Source of the DNA: Thermoanaerobaculia bacterium
GTDB taxonomy: Bacteria > Acidobacteriota > Thermoanaerobaculia > Multivoradales > Multivoraceae
Assembly (NCBI GenBank): GCA_963666565.1
Contig: OY762911.1
Span: 2,144,001 to 2,208,000, forward strand
Reading direction: 5' to 3'
DNA length: 64,000 nt
Numbering within the stretch: the first letter of the stretch is position 1; the number at the start of each line of letters is the position of its first letter. A program made the translations under genes and the position numbers. Of this stretch, positions 47,525 to 55,804 are shown in pieces. The notes beneath the pieces are model-generated. The model made no database searches. It saw only the letters and a program-made list of their open reading frames with translations, and was not told the DNA's origin.

Positions 47525-48883
47525 ATGGGACCCGACGACTGGACTCCCGGGTCCGGGCGGACGCTGCGGGAGCTCCTGCGGAACGCTCGCATCTCGAACG
47601 AGCAGGCGGCGGAGCTGGCGGCGGTGGACCGCACGACGATCTACCGCTGGCTCAGCGGTCGCCAGAGTCCGCTGCGGCCGCAGAGCTGGAAGACGGGCGG
47701 CCTGGAGAGACTGGGCCGCCACCTCGGCTTCGAGACGCTGGAGGCGTTTGTGGAGGCCCTGAGCCTCGGCAGCGCGGACGCCGAAACCCCGCCGGGGCCG
47801 GCGAGCCCGGACGCCTCCGCGCTCGGCGAACCCGGGCGGCTCGCGCAGCAGTACGTGTTCCTTCGGGGCGCCGTCTCTTGGGAGAACCTCTCCTCGGCGC
47901 TCGGCGACAAGGCGACTTCCGGCGTCGATGCGTGCCTGCGCGAGGGCATCGTGGTGGGCCGCTACGTCGCCGGTCAGCGGTACTTCCTGGAGCCCGGCCT
48001 GGCGCTGGCGGCGGCCATCGCGTACCGGCCCGTCAAGCTGCCTCTGCTCGCGGCCGAACTTGGCCTGGACGTCGCCGGGATCGATAAACTCCTGCGCCAG
48101 CGGTCCGAGGACCTGGAGCAAGGGTCGGACGGTGCCGTGCGCCTCGCCGCCCACGACTACCGCGTCGTGATCTTCGACTGGAGCGAGACGCTCGTGGACG
48201 AAGCGAACTACGACTACGAGATCTGCGAGTCCCTGGCCTCGATCTGCGGCCACGACGCGTTTCGGACTCTCCTGAATCGGCTCGAAGCGGACCACGACCC
48301 CAGATGGTGGGACTACTTCTTCCTGGCCGCCCAGTTCGGGATCTCGGGATCGCAGGTCGTCGACGCCCACACGCGGCACCGGAGCATGATGGCCTGGATT
48401 CCGGGAGCGGAGGCGGTTGTCGCCCATGCCCGCGAGAAATCGGAAGCCGTGCTGGCAACCAACTGGCACGCGGACAACGTCCGGCTTCGGATGGAGTTGC
48501 TCGGTCTGGCGCCGGAGACCTTCTCGCGCATCGTGACGAGCGACGAGTTCGACAGCGTTCGGTCCAAGCGGGACATGTACGCCAGGATTCTCGCGGAGTT
48601 CGATGTTGCCGCGGAGGACGTACTCGTCATCAGCAACACGTACGACCAGAATGTCCTGCCGGCCCTGACGCTCGGCTGCCAGGCCGTCTGGTTCGCCCGG
48701 CCGCGCTCCCGCTTCCTGTGGCTCAGGAGGGCGCCGCGAACGGGCGCCGGTTTCTTCTACCTGCTGAGGAACTCGGCGAAGTTCCGACTTCCGGGCTTCG
48801 TCGCGTTCGACCATCGCGAGACGCTTTCGTGGCTCCAGGGCACGCCACGGGCTCGCCACGGGAGCGCCACGCCCGGAATCTGA
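47525..48883 (+). CDS. XRE-type HTH fused to a degenerate HAD-like domain
   Basis: ATG at 47525 after a GGAG RBS. EQAAELAAVDRTTIYRWLSG HTH; VVIFDWSETLVD, LATN, K and LVISNTYDQNV align with HAD motifs I-IV but are altered. Confidence 0.65.
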   Translation: MGPDDWTPGSGRTLRELLRNARISNEQAAELAAVDRTTIYRWLSGRQSPLRPQSWKTGGLERLGRHLGFETLEAFVEALSLGSADAETPPGPASPDASALGEPGRLAQQYVFLRGAVSWENLSSALGDKATSGVDACLREGIVVGRYVAGQRYFLEPGLALAAAIAYRPVKLPLLAAELGLDVAGIDKLLRQRSEDLEQGSDGAVRLAAHDYRVVIFDWSETLVDEANYDYEICESLASICGHDAFRTLLNRLEADHDPRWWDYFFLAAQFGISGSQVVDAHTRHRSMMAWIPGAEAVVAHAREKSEAVLATNWHADNVRLRMELLGLAPETFSRIVTSDEFDSVRSKRDMYARILAEFDVAAEDVLVISNTYDQNVLPALTLGCQAVWFARPRSRFLWLRRAPRTGAGFFYLLRNSAKFRLPGFVAFDHRETLSWLQGTPRARHGSATPGI

Positions 48884-49303
48884 CGCGCAGTGGACTCGCC
48901 ACCATCCCCCTGCCTAACGTTGAGCGGTGCTCCCGGCAAGGACGAGATCGAAACGAAAGGCGGCGGTCGGTGGCCTCGGCGTCGGAGGCGCGGGCAGAGC
49001 CAGAAGCAGACGGGCGCCGCGGCGAGCGAACGCAAGGCGGTTCTGCCTGGACCATCTGGTCGCTGCCGTCCGGCAGACAGGACACCGTCGCCGAGATGTA
49101 CGCCGGCTACATGCCCATGGTCACCGTCTCGATCCGGGAGAGCTCTGTTTCCGACAACGACTCGTAGTACGGGGACGGAGCGTTCTTGCTCCGACCGTAC
49201 GAGTCTGTGTCGCGCATGGCGCCAGACCACGCCATCTTCACCATCAATCCGGAAAAGCCGCCTATAGGTCCTGCAGAGGGCGCCATTTGGAACGGTCGCC
49301 AGT

Positions 49304-50485
49304 ATGAGAGAGCCATGGGTCGATGAGATTCATCGTGCTGCCGAACGGGGCGATGCCGACGAGCAGAGCAAGCTCGGTACGCTCTACAACGTCGGCACGG
49401 GTGTGCAGCAGGACGCCACGGAGGCGGTTCGCTGGTACCGCTTGGCCGCACAGCAGGGCCACGCCGAAGGGCAGATGCACCTCGGTATGTGCTACTTGCA
49501 CGGGCATGGCGTGCGTCAGGACCCCACCGAGGGGATTCGCTGGCTTCGCCTTGCCGCCGAGCAGGGCGACGCCCGCGCGCAGACGTACCTTGGCGCTTGC
49601 TACATGGACGGCGACGGCGTCCGGCAAGAGGCCACCGAGGCGGTCCGCTGGTATCGCCTTGCCGCCGAGCAGGGCGACGCCGACGCGCAGGTAAGCCTCG
49701 GAATCTGCCACATGGGCGGCGACGGCGTCCGCCAGGACGTCTTCGAGGCGGTTCGCTGGTTTCGCCTTGCGGCGGAGCAGGGTAACGCCGACGGGCAGAC
49801 AAACCTGGGAATCTGCCACATGCGCGGCGACGGCGTCCGTCAGGACGTCTTCGAGGCGATTCGCTGGTTTCGCCCTGCGGCAGAGCAGGGTAATGCCGCC
49901 GCGCAGACAAGCCTCGGAATCTGCTACGCGAACGGCGACGGCGTCCAGCAGGACGCCGCCGAGGCGGTTCGCTGGCTTCGCCTCGGCGCGGAGCAAGGCG
50001 ACGTGGACGCGCAGGAGGCGTTGGCAACGCTTGAGCCTCAAGGCGAGCACGGGCGCGATTCGCATGGACCAGGAAAGGCAGCGGAGGAACTGATTGTCAG
50101 TCTGGTGCGGAGATGGCCCAAGGCGACGAAGCTGGTGCGAAAGTTGAGCAGTCTGTTGCGGAAGTGGCCCGGGCTGCCGAAGTGGAAGAAGCGGCTGATC
50201 GGATTGGCGGCTTTTGTTGTCCTGATGTTGTTTGTGAGGTTGATTTACGGCCCATGGGTCGCCGGAGTACTGGTCCTGGTCATCTTCTTGTTGGCCGTGT
50301 CGGTCTTCGCGATTTGGTTTGGTTGGATTTACTTCATTACGGGCTGGAACATTGTCGAATGCCGAGGCTGCGGTCGGTCGATGTTGCTGCACCACTTCAG
50401 AAAGCAGCGCGGCTGCCTGAGCTGCGGCACGTCCCTGGAGCCGGTGCCAACCGGAGAACGCGGGTCTTTCTTTGATCGCTTCTAG
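49304..50485 (+). CDS. Sel1-repeat protein with C-terminal TM helices and Zn ribbon
   Basis: About six 36-aa AAEQG.A.AQ..LG.CY..G.GV.QD..EA.RW repeats, two hydrophobic segments and CRGC...CLSC. Confidence 0.88.
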   Translation: MREPWVDEIHRAAERGDADEQSKLGTLYNVGTGVQQDATEAVRWYRLAAQQGHAEGQMHLGMCYLHGHGVRQDPTEGIRWLRLAAEQGDARAQTYLGACYMDGDGVRQEATEAVRWYRLAAEQGDADAQVSLGICHMGGDGVRQDVFEAVRWFRLAAEQGNADGQTNLGICHMRGDGVRQDVFEAIRWFRPAAEQGNAAAQTSLGICYANGDGVQQDAAEAVRWLRLGAEQGDVDAQEALATLEPQGEHGRDSHGPGKAAEELIVSLVRRWPKATKLVRKLSSLLRKWPGLPKWKKRLIGLAAFVVLMLFVRLIYGPWVAGVLVLVIFLLAVSVFAIWFGWIYFITGWNIVECRGCGRSMLLHHFRKQRGCLSCGTSLEPVPTGERGSFFDRF

Positions 50486-52356
50486 ACTCCTTGAACAAGG
50501 GGCGTCTTAACAGTTGAGTCAAGTTTGGTTCGGGGTGTCCGTGTCGATTCGGCGTGACGGAGGTCGGCCTCAGGCTGCGAGTCGCTGTCCTCGCCAAGCT
50601 CTTTGGACCTCGCGGTCGTAGCTGGCGACGGTTCTTCGTAGCCGGGCGTTGGCTTCCGGGTCGAGGGTGGCGGACATGACGGGGCCGAGCACTCGGGCGT
50701 GGGTCCGGTGGTAGGCGAACGCTACGCGCAGTCCCCAGTCGGTGATCCGGTAGCGGTGGGTGCGCGGAACCCGTTCGACGATTCCCCGCAGTCGCAGTCG
50801 GCGCAGGTCGTAGGTCATGCGGGAGGGTCCGTAGCGGTCCGGCGTGAGTCCGCACAGACTGGCGACCGCGGGCCGCAGGTCGCGGTTGCGGAAGCCGTTG
50901 GGCAGGAGGCTGAAGCGCAGCAGGGCGGCGAAGAGACTCTGCACCCTGCGGTCTCCGAAGCGAAGCGCCGAAGCGCGCTGACCCGAGATGCACCGCGGAC
51001 GGTGCAGATCGTCGAGCGTTTCGGCTCCGAGCAGACAGTCGTGGCTGAGAGTTTGGACGCCGAGCAGGCGTCGGTTGGCGGCGAAGCCGACCTTCTTGAG
51101 GTCATCGAGGTTTCTCAGCAAACGACCGACATCGAAGTCGTAGGTGTCGTTGATCACCGTCTCGGTGCGCAGGGCGCGCCCTTCCTTGTGGTACTGCTTG
51201 ATGCGCGAGTGCTTGTAGTCGACGTGCAGCGACGGGGAGACCCCGTCGGTAATGACGCGGGTGCGATACCGCGAGGGGGTGCGTCGCGTGACGCGGCGCT
51301 TGAAGATCAACTGCACGTGCTCGGGCCGTCCCATGTCGAGGTGCTCGCGCAGCACCTCCTCGAAGAAGACCCGACCCTGCACCGGGCGGTCGAAGACCTG
51401 GGTCAGGGCGAATTCGGCCTGGAGGATCGAGACGGCGTAGCGGATGCCCCGCCGCCGGTCGCCGGCGGAGAACGGATGCGGCAGGCGAGCCAGCCACTTG
51501 CGCAGCAGCGCGTCGATCTTGTCCGCGTCGAGGCCGTCGGCGAGCCGCTGCATCGCCTCCGGGTCCGAGCAGCGCAGGATGCCGTTGTCCAGCGCCTCGT
51601 ACTCGATCCCCCGCTTGCTCAACTGGCGCTTGAGGTACTCGTGTCCGTTGATGCACAGCTTGGCGTTGTAGGGGAAGTACGAGCAGAACTTCAGGAAGAA
51701 CGGACCGAAGTCGTCGTCGAACACGTAGAAGTAGTACTGGTTGACCATCGCCGTCGAGTGCACCAGCCACGGATAGCCCGCGTCGGTCGCCGAGTCGTAA
51801 CGACGCTCGGTACGCAGCACCCGAGCCTTCTCCTGCGCCTTGCCGACGTACAGCACCCCCTCGCCTCCATGCCACCGGCGAAGGTACTCGCGGGTGCGGT
51901 CGTCCTTGCGCTCGCCGCGCCGAAACGGGACGATGTCGATCCGATGCTGCCGCGCGTAGCCCTTGATCGCGGCCACGAACCGCCTCGTCATCGGCGCCAT
52001 CAGCACCGACGACGGCACCTGCGCGCCCCGCACCTCCCGGAAGAACCAGGCCGCGCCCGCGCCACGCTGAAGCACCGGTACGTAGACGTTGAGGTACATC
52101 CGATCGACGCACTCCAGCGTCAACGACACATGCTCCTCAAGAACCTCGGCTGCCGTGCGTGCTACCTTCATCAGCGGACTCCGGTCGATGGGCTTCTCAC
52201 CGGCCAGCTTAAGGCCACCTTCGCCGCAGAGCGACAATACGGCGGATTCACTCCGCAGCTGAAGCAGCGACCGGAGTCCGATCGACGCCAAGGCCGAGGC
52301 CGACCACCGCCGCGAACATGCTCGTCGGTCTGAGGCGAAGCCTCGTTAGAGGCTTG
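50482..52356 (-). mobile_element. Putative single-gene mobile element without terminal inverted repeats
   Basis: Minus-strand CAAGCCTCTAA in a hairpin (AAGCCTC-TAAC-GAGGCTT, 52338-52355) upstream of the ORF, and CAAGGAGTCTAG (50493-50482) downstream. Confidence 0.45.
50570..52171 (-). CDS. Uncharacterised ~533-aa protein with a Rep_trans-like motif and C-terminal winged helix; putative transposase
   Basis: LECVDRMYLN, YYFYVFDDDFGPFFLKFCSYFPY, SRIKQYHKEGRALRTE and MTYDLRRLRLRGIVERVPRTHRYRIT (wHTH-like). No DDE or recombinase motif recognised. Confidence 0.6.
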   Translation of the reverse strand: MKVARTAAEVLEEHVSLTLECVDRMYLNVYVPVLQRGAGAAWFFREVRGAQVPSSVLMAPMTRRFVAAIKGYARQHRIDIVPFRRGERKDDRTREYLRRWHGGEGVLYVGKAQEKARVLRTERRYDSATDAGYPWLVHSTAMVNQYYFYVFDDDFGPFFLKFCSYFPYNAKLCINGHEYLKRQLSKRGIEYEALDNGILRCSDPEAMQRLADGLDADKIDALLRKWLARLPHPFSAGDRRRGIRYAVSILQAEFALTQVFDRPVQGRVFFEEVLREHLDMGRPEHVQLIFKRRVTRRTPSRYRTRVITDGVSPSLHVDYKHSRIKQYHKEGRALRTETVINDTYDFDVGRLLRNLDDLKKVGFAANRRLLGVQTLSHDCLLGAETLDDLHRPRCISGQRASALRFGDRRVQSLFAALLRFSLLPNGFRNRDLRPAVASLCGLTPDRYGPSRMTYDLRRLRLRGIVERVPRTHRYRITDWGLRVAFAYHRTHARVLGPVMSATLDPEANARLRRTVASYDREVQRAWRGQRLAA

Positions 52357-52524
52357 CCGTAAGGGGCAGCGCCTCGGCGCGGTCCCGGGTCTCCCACATC
52401 ATCATCGGCAACTCCTTCAAGTGCCAGCAGCGGGCCGTCCTGGACGTGCCGTCGAGCGGCTCCTTGAAGCAAGGCCGTCGGTGCTCCGGCATCCGGTCAG
52501 GGTGGGGGTAGACTCTGCGCTGCC

Positions 52525-53301
52525 ATGCTCGGCTACGACGACCTTTTCCGACTCGACGGCAGGACGGCCGTCGTCACCGGCGCGTCGTCCGGCCTCGGCG
52601 TCGTCTTCGCGCGGGCGCTGGCCGCGGCTGGGGCTTCCGTCGTCGTCTCGGCGCGGCGGCTCGACCGGCTGGAGCAGCTTGCCGCGGAGATCGAGGCCGG
52701 CGGCGGGCAGGCCCTCGCCGTCACCTGCGACGTTGCGAGCGAGCAGGACGTCGACGCGCTCGCGGCGAGGGCGGTCGACCGTTTCGGACGCGTCGACGTG
52801 CTGGTCGCGAACGCCGGCGTCTCCGACCCGCGCCCGGCCGAGCAGGAACCGCTCGACGTGTGGCGGCGGGTCGTGGCGGTCAACCTGACCGGCGTCTTCC
52901 TGTGCAACCGCCGGTTCGGCGCCCTGATGCTGGAGCGGGGATCGGGCTCGATCGTCAACATCGCGTCGGTGCTCGGTGTCGTCGGCGCCGGCCAGATTCC
53001 GCAGGCGTCCTACGCGGCGTCCAAGGGCGGCGTGGTCAACATGACGCGCGAGCTCGCGGCCCAGTGGGCCCGGCGGGGCGTGCGGGTGAACGCGATCGGC
53101 CCGGCCTGGTTCGAGTCCGAGATGACCGAGGAGATGTTCGCGTCGGACCAGGGCGTGCGCTGGATCCGCCGCAAGACGCCGATGGGCCGCCCCGGCCGCG
53201 GCGAGGAACTGGCCGGCCCCGTCGTGTTCCTGGCCTCCGACGCGTCGAGCTACGTCACCGGCCAGACGCTGCTCGTCGACGGCGGCTGGACCGCGATCTA
53301 G
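52525..53301 (+). CDS. SDR oxidoreductase
   Basis: TGASSGLG, ANAG, YAASK and VDGG. Confidence 0.92.
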   Translation: MLGYDDLFRLDGRTAVVTGASSGLGVVFARALAAAGASVVVSARRLDRLEQLAAEIEAGGGQALAVTCDVASEQDVDALAARAVDRFGRVDVLVANAGVSDPRPAEQEPLDVWRRVVAVNLTGVFLCNRRFGALMLERGSGSIVNIASVLGVVGAGQIPQASYAASKGGVVNMTRELAAQWARRGVRVNAIGPAWFESEMTEEMFASDQGVRWIRRKTPMGRPGRGEELAGPVVFLASDASSYVTGQTLLVDGGWTAI

Positions 53302-53329
53302 CGCTGGCGCCCGCTCGGTCGCAGCCGCG

Positions 53330-55675
53330 ATGACTCTCGAGATCGCCTTCCTGCTGGTCGTCCTGGCGGCCATGGTCGGGCTGTTCCTGACCGAGAAGCT
53401 GCCGATCGACCTGACGGCGTTCCTCGGCCTGACGCTGCTCATCTTCACGGGCTACGTCGCGGTGCCCGACGCCTTCTCCGGCTTCGCGTCGTCGGCGGTG
53501 ATCACGATGCTGTCGATCTTCATCGTCAGCGCGGGACTGATGCAGACCGGCGTGGCGGACCTGGTCGGCGGGGCGATCCACCGCTTCGTCGGCAGCCGCG
53601 AGGTTCCGCTGATCGTCGCCGTCATGCTGGTGGCGGGCGTCCTCTCGATGTTCATGAACAACATCGCGGCGACGGCGGTGCTGATGCCGGCGGTGGCGAG
53701 CCTCGCGCGGCGGGCGCACCTCGCGCCGGCGCGGCTGTTCATGCCGCTGGCGTTCGGGGCGATCCTCGGGGGGACGGCCACCCTGGTGGGGACGCCGCCG
53801 AACATCCTGGCGGGGGCGATGCTGCGGGACCGGGGACTCGAACCGTTCGGGCTCTTCGACTTCACGCCGTTCGGCGCGGTGCTGCTCCTGGGCGGCGTCG
53901 TCTTCATGCTGACTCTGGGACGCCGCCTGTTGCCGGGCCGGCGCGACGCTCCTCCCGGCCGCGGCGAATCGGAGCTGGCCGACCTCTACGGCCTGCACGA
54001 GGGGCTGTTCTCCATCCGCATTCCCTCCGGCTCCGACCTCGACGGCGCCACGCTGCGCGAAACGCGCCTCGGCACCACCCTCGGCGTGCAGCTTCTCGGG
54101 GTGGCGCGCGGCGAGGAGTGGCAGTTGGCGCCCGGCAACGACACGCGGCTCCTGGCCGGCGACGAACTGGTGGTGCAGGGGGACGCCGAGAAGGTGGAGC
54201 AGACGCTGCGCCTCCAGGGCGTCGATCTCGGCGCGGCGACGACGCTCGGCACGGCCACGACCGGCGAGATCGGCGCGCCGGACGCGGGCGTCACCGCGCT
54301 CCGGGCGCGGGTTCCCGCTGGGTCGCCCCTGGCCGGCAGCACGCTGGCCGCGACGGACTTCCGCGAGCGCTGGCGGGTGTTCGTGATCGCGGTGGAACGC
54401 GGCGGTGAAGTGCATGTCGACCGGCTGGGCGATCTGCCGCTCGAGCGGGGCGACGTGCTGTACGGCCTGTTCGGGGACGACGCGCCGGAGATCGACCCGG
54501 AGGTGCTCGCCGTCGAAGAGAGCGGTCCGGGCGCGCTCGACCGCTTGGAGGATCAGCCGCTGCTGGTGATCCGGGTGCCGGAGAACTCGTCCCTTCTCGC
54601 CAGCGGCGCCGGCGTCGAGTGGATGGGCCGGCTGATGGAGCTGACCGTCGTCGCGGTCGAACGGGAGGGCGAGGCGATCTGGGGGCCCGGCCCGCGGGTC
54701 GGCTTCGAGGCTGGCGACCGGCTGTTCGTCAAGGGCAGGGAGCGGCGGCTGCGGGCCCTGTTGCGGATGGGCGGCGTCGAGCTGACTTCGGGCGTCGCCG
54801 CGCCCGCGTTCGAGTCGGAGGAGGTGGGCATGGCCGAGGCGACGTTGGCGCCGCGGTCCGGCCTTGCCGGCAAGAGCCTGGCGGAGACCGAGTTCCGCGA
54901 CCGCTACGGCGTGCAGGTGCTGGCGATCTGGCGCGAGGGCCGGGCGATCCGCAGCGGTCTGGCGCAACTCGCGCTGCGGGTCGGCGACGCGCTGCTGCTC
55001 CAGGGCCGCCGGGGCCGACTGGGCCTGCTCTCGCGCGAACGGGACCTGGTCGTGCTGTCGGACGTGGCGGACGAGCCGCGCCGCCTGAACAGGGCGCCGT
55101 ACGCGGTCGGCTGTCTCGCCTTGATGGTTGTCCTGGTGGTGACCGGGCTGGCGCCGATCCAGGTCGCCGCGTTCGCCGCCGCGAGCCTCATCGTGCTCTG
55201 CGGCGCGCTGACGATGGAGGAGGCCTACCGCGCGATCGAATGGCGGGTCATCTTCCTGGTGGCGGCGATCCTGCCCGTGGGTTCCGCGATGGAGAGCAGC
55301 GGCACGGCGGCGCTCCTGGCCGGCAGCGTGATGGAACTCGCCGGCCCGGCCGGACCCTACGCCGTGCTGGCGGCTCTGGTCCTGCTCTCGAGCCTGCTCA
55401 GCCAGGGTCTCGACGGCGCGCCCGCGGTCGTCCTGCTGACGCCGGTCGTGCTCGAGGCGGCTTCGGGTCTCGGCCTCTCGCCCTACCCGCTGATGATGGG
55501 CGTGGCCCTGGCGGCGTCGGCGGCGTTCATGACGCCGTTCAGCCACAAGGCGAACCTGCTGGTCATGGGCGCCGGCGGCTACCGCAGCGTGGACTACCTG
55601 CGAGTCGGCACGCCGCTGACCGTGGTGCTGCTGGCCGTCATCGTGTGGATGGTGCCGCTCGTCTTTCCTTTCTGA
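53330..55675 (+). CDS. SLC13/CitM-like permease with TrkA-C (RCK_C) domains
   Basis: SMFMNN, GGTATLVGTPPN, repeated S.L.G.TL RCK_C units and FMTPFSHKANLLV. Confidence 0.9.
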   Translation: MTLEIAFLLVVLAAMVGLFLTEKLPIDLTAFLGLTLLIFTGYVAVPDAFSGFASSAVITMLSIFIVSAGLMQTGVADLVGGAIHRFVGSREVPLIVAVMLVAGVLSMFMNNIAATAVLMPAVASLARRAHLAPARLFMPLAFGAILGGTATLVGTPPNILAGAMLRDRGLEPFGLFDFTPFGAVLLLGGVVFMLTLGRRLLPGRRDAPPGRGESELADLYGLHEGLFSIRIPSGSDLDGATLRETRLGTTLGVQLLGVARGEEWQLAPGNDTRLLAGDELVVQGDAEKVEQTLRLQGVDLGAATTLGTATTGEIGAPDAGVTALRARVPAGSPLAGSTLAATDFRERWRVFVIAVERGGEVHVDRLGDLPLERGDVLYGLFGDDAPEIDPEVLAVEESGPGALDRLEDQPLLVIRVPENSSLLASGAGVEWMGRLMELTVVAVEREGEAIWGPGPRVGFEAGDRLFVKGRERRLRALLRMGGVELTSGVAAPAFESEEVGMAEATLAPRSGLAGKSLAETEFRDRYGVQVLAIWREGRAIRSGLAQLALRVGDALLLQGRRGRLGLLSRERDLVVLSDVADEPRRLNRAPYAVGCLALMVVLVVTGLAPIQVAAFAAASLIVLCGALTMEEAYRAIEWRVIFLVAAILPVGSAMESSGTAALLAGSVMELAGPAGPYAVLAALVLLSSLLSQGLDGAPAVVLLTPVVLEAASGLGLSPYPLMMGVALAASAAFMTPFSHKANLLVMGAGGYRSVDYLRVGTPLTVVLLAVIVWMVPLVFPF

Positions 55676-55804
55676 CCGAGGTTCGCGGTCTCTCCCGCGC
55701 GGCCTGCTCGCGGCCGCGCACCGGGAAAACGCGGATCCGGCTAGTATCCGGGGCCTGAGTTCATGAAGGCGTGCGAAGAAGTCGCCGCCAAGGAGGATTT
55801 GACG

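Noticed and set aside
48890-49303. Short ORFs between the HTH-HAD and Sel1 genes, one with an in-frame TAG at 49165
   Set aside because: No recognisable motif; cannot distinguish a gene remnant from non-coding DNA, and there is no support for recoding.
52360-52520. Possible small ORF or remnant upstream of the putative element
   Set aside because: Short, with no clear start, RBS or family motif.
47418-53301. Similar 3' ends of the two SDR genes as att-like repeats around the second accessory patch
   Set aside because: The similarity is explained by the conserved SDR C-terminal motif (SDASSY.TG...VDGGWTAI) in two complete, otherwise divergent genes.
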